NCBI GenBank assembly: GCA_951406725.2 | Contig: OX597840.1 | Coordinates: 27,094,001 to 27,158,000 of the forward strand | Direction: 5' to 3' | From: Octopus vulgaris | Taxonomy: Eukaryota | DNA length: 64,000 nt | Shown here: positions 55,657 to 64,000 of the stretch, piece by piece | Numbering within the stretch: the first letter of the stretch is position 1 | Layout: each line of letters starts with the position of its first letter | Position numbers and translations under genes: made by a program | Notes under the pieces: generated by a model | Database searches by the model: none | Told to the model about the DNA's origin: nothing | The model's input: the letters and a program-made list of their open reading frames with translations, nothing else

Positions 55657-56309
55657 ATTATGATGCACTTTAACGAAAGATTTGGCTGTTATTTCTAGCA
55701 GGTTGAGACACTACGTAGCTGTTTCGTGTGTGCTCTTCCCATGAGGTTCAATCCAGTCACGACTTCCGGTGTATTTGGTAGTTGAAATTTCGATTACCTA
55801 AAATTACATAATTTGAAACGCCTGTAACTTTTTTTATAGTTAATTTCTAGAAAAAAAATTGAATGAAATCTTCGTCGAACTACATTATTTTCAAAAAATG
55901 TTGAGAAAATTTTCAAAAACTTTAAATGGTTGGAAGAAATTTAACAAGATTCGATCTGTATATGTGTGTATATGTAGATACGTCACTGTGTGAATGTTTA
56001 TACTCTGTATGTCTGTGTATCTTTCGCTTTACAGTTGTGCATGTCTGCTTGTGTATATTTGTGTATGTATATTGCTTTATGTAATTTGTGTGTATGTATA
56101 GGTATATGTGTATGTGTGTGTATGTGTTCGAATGCGTATGTCCTGCTAGGCAAAGTAACTGTACAATTATCGTGTAGAGAGATAGAAATAGAACTGCAGT
56201 AGTTAAAAAATTTAAGAATGCAAAAAAAAATAGAATTGATTTAAGAATATAATTTGAATGGTGAAGAAAGAGAAAGATGGGCGACGATGGAGAGTAAGGA
56301 AGATAGACA

Positions 56310-56333
56310 GAGAATGGAAGAGGGGAGGAAGGA

Positions 56334-56364
<31 letters not shown>

Positions 56365-56456
56365 TGGTTAGTGAAACAGGGAGAGAGACGGTGAGAGAAA
56401 GAGCGAAGCAGAGAGAGAGAGAGAGTGAGGAGACGGACAGAGATAGAAAAACCAAG

Positions 56457-56505
<49 letters not shown>

Positions 56506-56980
56506 AAGAGAGAGAGAGAGACAGTGAGGCACAGAGAGAGAGAGTGAGACAGTGAGGCACAGAGAGAGAGACAGTGAGGCAGAGAGAGAAAGAGACGGAG
56601 AGACAAAGAGCAAGCTGTTGAGAGAAAGAATGACGCAGAGAGATAAGGAGAGTAAGGAAGTGAGAGAGATAGAGAGTAAGAGAGAAAGACAAAGAGAAAG
56701 ACAGAGACAGAAGCAAAGAGAGACCAAGGAATTCAGAGGTAGAGAAAGAAAGAGAGTGAGAGATAGAGAGACTGAGAGAGACACAGAGAAACAGCAGAGA
56801 GGAGAAAAGAGACAGAGATAGGATAGATACAGAAAGAGAGAAATAGAAAGAGAGTGAAGGATCAAAGAGAGAGAGGGGGATCAAAGCGAGAGAGGGAGAA
56901 GAGAAAGAAGGAGAGATAGACAGAAAGACAAAAAGAGAGGGAGAATGGAGGGAGGGAAAGAGAGAGAGAAAGAGAGAGCT
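56310..56980. repeat. GA-rich low-complexity tract with 3x GACAGTGAGGCA(GA)n
   Basis: Direct reading. Confidence 0.85.
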
Positions 56981-57364
56981 ATTGGTCGATTTTTATGGAA
57001 TCGATCTGACGATTGCACGAAAATCAATAAACAGATCGTTCGATTCTTATCAAGGGACCAATTATATATTTTTCTCTCGTCTTGGATGACGAAGAAGCAG
57101 CTGGAGTGCTTACGTCAAAGAATTGAATGGAGGTGGGCATGAGTGGAGACCGCAATGTGTAGCAAAGAGGGGTGGTTGTGCCTAAGGAATCCGCCCCCCC
57201 GAATCTCAGTTATAATGATCAGCAAACTCGCCACCACATCATTTTCTAACTGGACTTTGAGCCTAATTTTAGACTTCTTTTAATGATCAAAGCAATTAAA
57301 TTTTAATTAAAATTTCATTAATTTTACTTTTGATGATATTTTAATTTTGAAAATATCTTAGATC

Positions 57365-58027
<663 letters not shown>

Positions 58028-58537
58028 AGCCTATATTTGTCTTTTACCCGTTACTGCTACTTGTTTCAGTCATTAAACAGCGCCCATACAACAGCACCAC
58101 CCTCAAGGGTATCAGTCGTACAAATCGAACCCGTTACTTTTGTTTGTTTTTAATCTCTTTTCCGAAGCGCAATGTCACTACAAGGTAGACAAACACCAGT
58201 CGTCAAGCGCTGGTGGAAAGACAAATACACACACACACACACACACACAAGCAAGCACACATACACAAGCAAGCACACATACACACAGAATCGTAACAAG
58301 CTTCTAGAAACACCGGAATCTATACAATGTCTGGGTATTATTGATACTAAATAGCAATGAAAATATAAAACATTGAATATTCAAAACATCAATAACAAAC
58401 ATATCGAAAACTGTTACACTAATTAGTCCTAATATTTCGAGTCACCAAACCCCTTTTCAAAGGAGGGATATATAAATCGCGTGTTCATTGTAAAGAGGCG
58501 TGTAAGTCATAACAATATCAAAACTAATTAGATATTG

Positions 58538-58699
58538 GAGATTTTTGCCAACATAACATGGCAGTCCTGGTTTAGGACGAATGTTCGAAAATATAAGGAC
58601 ACAGATCGTGTCGTATAGCCAGCTGGAGACGATGTCTCCTGGGGCTAAATTACAGCAACATTCGTCCAAAACCAGGACTGCCATATTGCTGAATATCTC
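58538..58699. repeat. Inverted repeat (~45-bp arms, ~70-bp spacer)
   Basis: atggcagtcctggtttaggacgaatgtt / aacattcgtccaaaaccaggactgccat. The arm motif also occurs at 33981-34010. Confidence 0.8.
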
Positions 58700-58865
58700 T
58701 GGTTGTGAGATTTACAAATAGTAATTTTCTAATTAGATACTTCTAGAAAAAACATTTTAAATAACTTTGTATATTTTATATATTTATGGAATATGTGTAT
58801 GTGTGTGCGCGTGTGTATGTGTATCTATCTTTCTATATATATGTATATATATATATAATGATATA

Positions 58866-58923
<58 letters not shown>

Positions 58924-59343
58924 GTTACTGTCCTGTTTTTGTTACCATTTTTACCCCTCTGCGAAAAGATCTCAAATTTTAATTGATTTGCTTTTCGCAG
59001 GAAGGAAAGTTTCTTATCGAAGATACGTCTCGCCTTCACCTTCGAAACGTAGAGTAGATGAAACCATGGCGACTGAAGAAGGGGTTTTTTCTTTGTGTTA
59101 ATTGTCCTGTACTCTATTTTTTTGTTGTTAAAAAAATGTCCAGTTCCTTGGGTTTGTGTCTATGTTTTCGTTTCTCATTGTGTTCGACGTTTCTTTTTGG
59201 TGTCCTGTACTCATATATGCGTGTATATATACATGTAGAGGTTGGTACGTACATATATGTATATATATATGCATATGTTTTATTTATTAATATTATATAT
59301 ATATATATATATACGAGAAAGAAGCAACAAGAATGGAATTAGT

Positions 59344-59434
59344 TTTTAGTACAATTGTTTCATACAAAGACAGGCTTTATTAAAAGTTGCAAAATTTGCA
59401 GCAGATAAAAGTGTCCCGTACTCATCAGCTAAAA
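59344..59434 (-). ncRNA. Type I minimal hammerhead ribozyme (mirror copy)
   Basis: Reverse complement of 59737-59827 with intact CTGATGA and GAAAC-aatt-GTA. Confidence 0.85.
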
Positions 59435-59736
59435 TACATATGAGTTCTCCAAACATCTTAGTGGGTGAGGCTATACTCATGAAGTATTGGAGATAATTTC
59501 ATTAAAGGCAGATTTAGGTTGCAAACAGATTTCCAAGGTTCTTTAATGATGATGCACAGTCTTATCACAGGTTCTTAGAGGCTTATTAGCTTCACAGAGA
59601 AGGTGAATTAATCCGTAGTCTAGATTAAAGAACCTTGGAAACTTGTTTGCAACCTAAATCTGCCTTTAATGAAATTATCTCCAATACTTCATGAGTATAG
59701 CCTCACCCACTAAGATGTTTGGAGAACTCATATGTA

Positions 59737-59827
59737 TTTTAGCTGATGAGTACGGGACACTTTTATCTGCTGCAATTTTTGCAACTTGTAATAAAGCCTG
59801 TCTTTGTATGAAACAATTGTACTAAAA
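59737..59827 (+). ncRNA. Type I minimal hammerhead ribozyme
   Basis: TTTTAG-CTGATGA-GTACGGGACA…TGTCTTTGTAT-GAAAC-aatt-GTA|CTAAAA. It has a 6-bp stem I, a long stem II, a palindromic stem III and a GUA site. Confidence 0.87.
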
Positions 59828-59973
59828 ACTAATCCATTCTTGTTGCTTCTTTCTCGTTTATAATCACCCCACATTACTGTATGGTTAACACCATATAGTT
59901 TTTCTGGTGCATCTAAGTTAAGTACCATATTCAAGTAAATTCATTGGAACTGACTTGAATCTTAATTGTTTTT

Positions 59974-60017
<44 letters not shown>

Positions 60018-60285
60018 AATATACATACGGATATGTGCATACTTACATATATACGTATATACATATGCATATGTGGGTACAGGACGTCACAAAACGTAAA
60101 AAACAAAACATACGAAATACGAATACATGGAATATGAGCATTTTTGCGATTAATATAGTACAAATGAAACACTGGGGTCGATGTAATCGACTATACTCCT
60201 CCCCCAAATTTCAAGTTTTGCGCCTGTAGGTTGTAGACGGGATTATACTTTACATGACTATATATTCTTCGGCACGTGTGTGTGT

Positions 60286-60331
<46 letters not shown>

Positions 60332-60517
60332 ATGTGTATAAAAGGAATTGCTATCTATTTAATGTTAAATATTTAATCTATAGAACATAATGCAATACAA
60401 ATTTCCCCTTATGAAATGGGGCAGTTCCGAATTGAACTGCACTCGGAACGCCTACCGCAGAGGATCTACATAACGACAATATTGGAACGAACGCTATAAA
60501 ATGCGCCTATCATACAT

Positions 60518-60568
<51 letters not shown>

Positions 60569-60826
60569 TACATATATATATAGACATATATATATATATA
60601 TATTTGTGTGTCTGTGTGTGTGCGTGTATGTGGGCCTGTATGTGTGTGTGTGTGTATTTATATGGGTGTGTATGCGTGCGTGTATGGTGTGTGTGTGTAT
60701 TGTCAACAAAGCTATAAGCGCCGCGTGTATCGGTATTCCATAGAACATAGAATTCAGGAATTCACAGCCTTCCTCCGTTCGCGAATACCTTTATTTTCTG
60801 CAGAATATACATACATGCATACATAC

Positions 60827-60996
<170 letters not shown>

Positions 60997-61238
60997 GTAT
61001 GTATATATGTTTGTATGCATTTGCTTAAAAGTCAATCACGAGTACAAATATGGAAGAAAAAAATAATAATAAAAACGAGGATCTATTTTATTGCGAGCGA
61101 TATTATATTAAAAAAGGCAGAAACAAAAAAAAATGATCAACTGCCTAGCTTCAACGACTTCCGTCTCATAATATAACACACCACACAGGCATATATCGTC
61201 GCCATTATTGTGACAACGCACTATACATAAGTACATAC

Positions 61239-61285
<47 letters not shown>

Positions 61286-61611
61286 CGTGTATCTTTATAA
61301 ATACAGTTAATCCATCAAACAAACCAGGAAGGCAGAAAACATCGAAATTTTAGATCGTTGGAGCTATTGGCAGGTAAAAATGTTCGAAAATATTTGCACA
61401 TCAGCAGAATATTAAACATTTAAGAGGCTTCCATTTTCTTTTTTCTTTTATATTTTTTGTTTTTGTTTTGCCTTTCCCGTTCTTCGTTCGTTTCACCTTC
61501 GTCACAAAATGGTTGTTTACAAATGCATAATTACCTCATTAGATTGTGTACTTCTGTATTTGTGTGTCGTGTGTGTGTGTGTGTGTGTGTGTACTTGTGT
61601 GTGTGTGCATT

Positions 61612-61854
<243 letters not shown>

Positions 61855-61924
61855 ACATTACATTTAGAGATAAATTCCTCTATTTACATAATATCGATGT
61901 CTCAGTCATTATTTTGTTGCCATA

Positions 61925-62244
<320 letters not shown>

Positions 62245-62284
62245 TATGTATGTAAGTATTTATCTATGTGTTTGTATATGTTCG

Positions 62285-62494
62285 TATGTCTGTGTTTGTC
62301 TCCCCCATCATCGCTGTTTCACAACCGATGCTGGTGCGTTTGTGTCCCCGTAAACTTAGCGGGTCGGCAAAAGAGATCGACAGAATAAGTACTAGGCTTA
62401 CAAAGATTAAGCCCTGGGGTCGATTCGTTTGACTAAATGCGGTGCTCCAGCATGGCCGCAGTCAAATGACTGAAACAAATAAAACAGTAAAAGA
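62285..62494 (+). mobile_element. SINE family B tail
   Basis: acaaccgatgctggtg…gcggtgctccagcatggccgcagtcaaatgactgaaac. Confidence 0.85.
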
Positions 62495-63072
62495 ACACTA
62501 GTTTTTCGCTTTTATTTCTATAGAATATCTCTTTTACTCTTTTACTTGATGCATTTTTAAACTGTGATTTACATAACAAAATTCGAAAAAGAGGGGAATT
62601 TTAGGTTTTATAACCAGGGTTTAAAACTTTTTAAAAACTTCGTTTTTATAGAATCTTATCAACTCCAGTGTGTAGAACACAAATTTGTAAAAGTTTTCGG
62701 AAAATTCCAGAAACTAAAAAAGCTATGAAAATTTATATGCGGTCCTTAAATCAGAATTCCGCCATATCTTAAGATTTTTTAATACAGTTCCTAATAATAT
62801 TTAATAATATAAATATCAGGGTTTTTTTACAAAAAAAAAAAACATCGAATATTTACGATGTTCCATCCGTATAAAATACGAATCAAAGCGCTCCATAGGC
62901 AAAAAAAAATGGTTGAAGAAGCGGTGGTGGGGTGTGATTTCGTGTTTACGGTACAAAATTACGAAGTTGTTGTTCGTTATTGAGATGTAAGCATAAAATT
63001 ATATGGGCGATATAACCAGGGATATAGTCAAATGTGGTTGCGGCCTCTAAGACGTACACACGGATTCAAAGA

Positions 63073-63173
<101 letters not shown>

Positions 63174-63189
63174 AGAGAGAGAGAGAGAG

Positions 63190-63412
63190 AGAAGAAGAAG
63201 AAGAAGAAGAAGAAGAAGAAGGAGGAGGAGGAGGAGGAGAAGGAGCAGAAGGAGGAGTAGGAGTAGGAGAAAAAGAAGAAGAAGAAGAAGAAGAAGGAGG
63301 AGGAGGAGGAGGAGGAGGAGAAGAAGAAGAAGAAGAAGAAGAAGAAGAAGAAGAAGAAGAAGAAGAAGAAGAAGAAGAAGAAGAAGAAGAAGAAGAAGAA
63401 GAAGAAGAAGAA
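63190..63412. repeat. (GAA/GGA)n tract
   Basis: Direct reading. Confidence 0.95.
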
Positions 63413-63547
63413 AATGATTTATTATTGACAGCAAACTAACCATCGACATTTGCAGCTGTTTCAAATAATATTAATTAAATATTAAATTTTCGACCTGAGC
63501 AAAATATCGTCAGAGGGGAAAAAATATACTCTTAGATGTTTTATAAG

Positions 63548-63958
63548 TCGCAGGAGTGGCTGTGTGGTAAGGAGCTTGCTAACCAACCACATGGTTCCGG
63601 GTTTAGTCCCACTGCGTGGCATCTTGGGCAAGTGTCTTCTGCTATAGCCCCGGGCCGACCAATGCCTTGTGAGTGGATTTGGTAGACGGAAACTGAAAGA
63701 AGCCTGTCGTATATATGTATATATGTATATATATATATATGTGTGTGTCTGTGTTTGTCCCCCTAGCGTTGCTTGACAACCGATGCTGGTGTGTCTACGT
63801 CCCCGCCACTTAGCGGTTCGGCAAAAGAGACCGATACAATAAGTACTGGGCTTACAAAGAATAAGTTCCGTGGTCGATTTGATCGACTAAAGGCGGTGCT
63901 CCAGCATGGCCGCAGTCGAATGACTGAAACAAGTAAAAGAGTAAAGAGTAAAAGAGTA
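63548..63958 (+). mobile_element. SINE family B, full length
   Basis: Matches the family B consensus. Confidence 0.92.
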
Positions 63959-64000
63959 TACCTTCCTACGTACGTTTCACCATTGTGGATACTTCTAACT

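Larger units (their letters stand above)
59313..59935. mobile_element. Large fold-back element: ~235-bp inverted arms (59313-59547 / 59624-59857), 76-bp spacer and a further inverted pLTR-like piece
   Basis: The arms are near-identical reverse complements and each carries a complete hammerhead. 59858-59933 matches 30430-30503 in inverted orientation. Confidence 0.9.

Noticed and set aside
55922-56884. 320-aa SL-rich ORF, the longest in the window
   Set aside because: It is a translation of the (CT)n/(CA)n low-complexity tract.

Overview
Gene-poor, AT-rich, repeat-saturated animal genomic DNA. The SINE families and the extreme microsatellite load point to a coleoid cephalopod, most likely Octopus; this is inferred from recalled repeat families, not from a search. 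I see no intact protein-coding gene, RNA gene or CRISPR array. Nearly all listed ORFs are translations of microsatellites or SINEs. The window contains: (1) several tRNA-derived SINE families, here named A, B, C and D, built from shared modules, with family A forming head+[unit]n concatemers; (2) decayed transposon coding fragments: a mariner and a Tc1 transposase, two R4/Dong-like restriction-like-endonuclease LINE pieces and a Penelope-like GIY-YIG endonuclease; (3) very long di-, tri- and tetranucleotide tracts and minisatellites; (4) local inverted duplications and templated insertions. The most notable hidden signal is a set of short non-coding elements, mostly fold-backs, carrying minimal type I hammerhead ribozymes with palindromic stem III. 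Intact-looking copies lie at 25480-25559 (+), 49592-49662 (-), 59344-59434 (-) and 59737-59827 (+), with about 8 degenerate or half copies. They look like Penelope pLTR/retrozyme-like elements sitting beside (TA)n tracts. The second candidate system is an apparently self-targeting SINE that shares its 3' end with a (TATC)n-embedded LINE-like tail. Coordinates were read by eye and may be off by a few bases.
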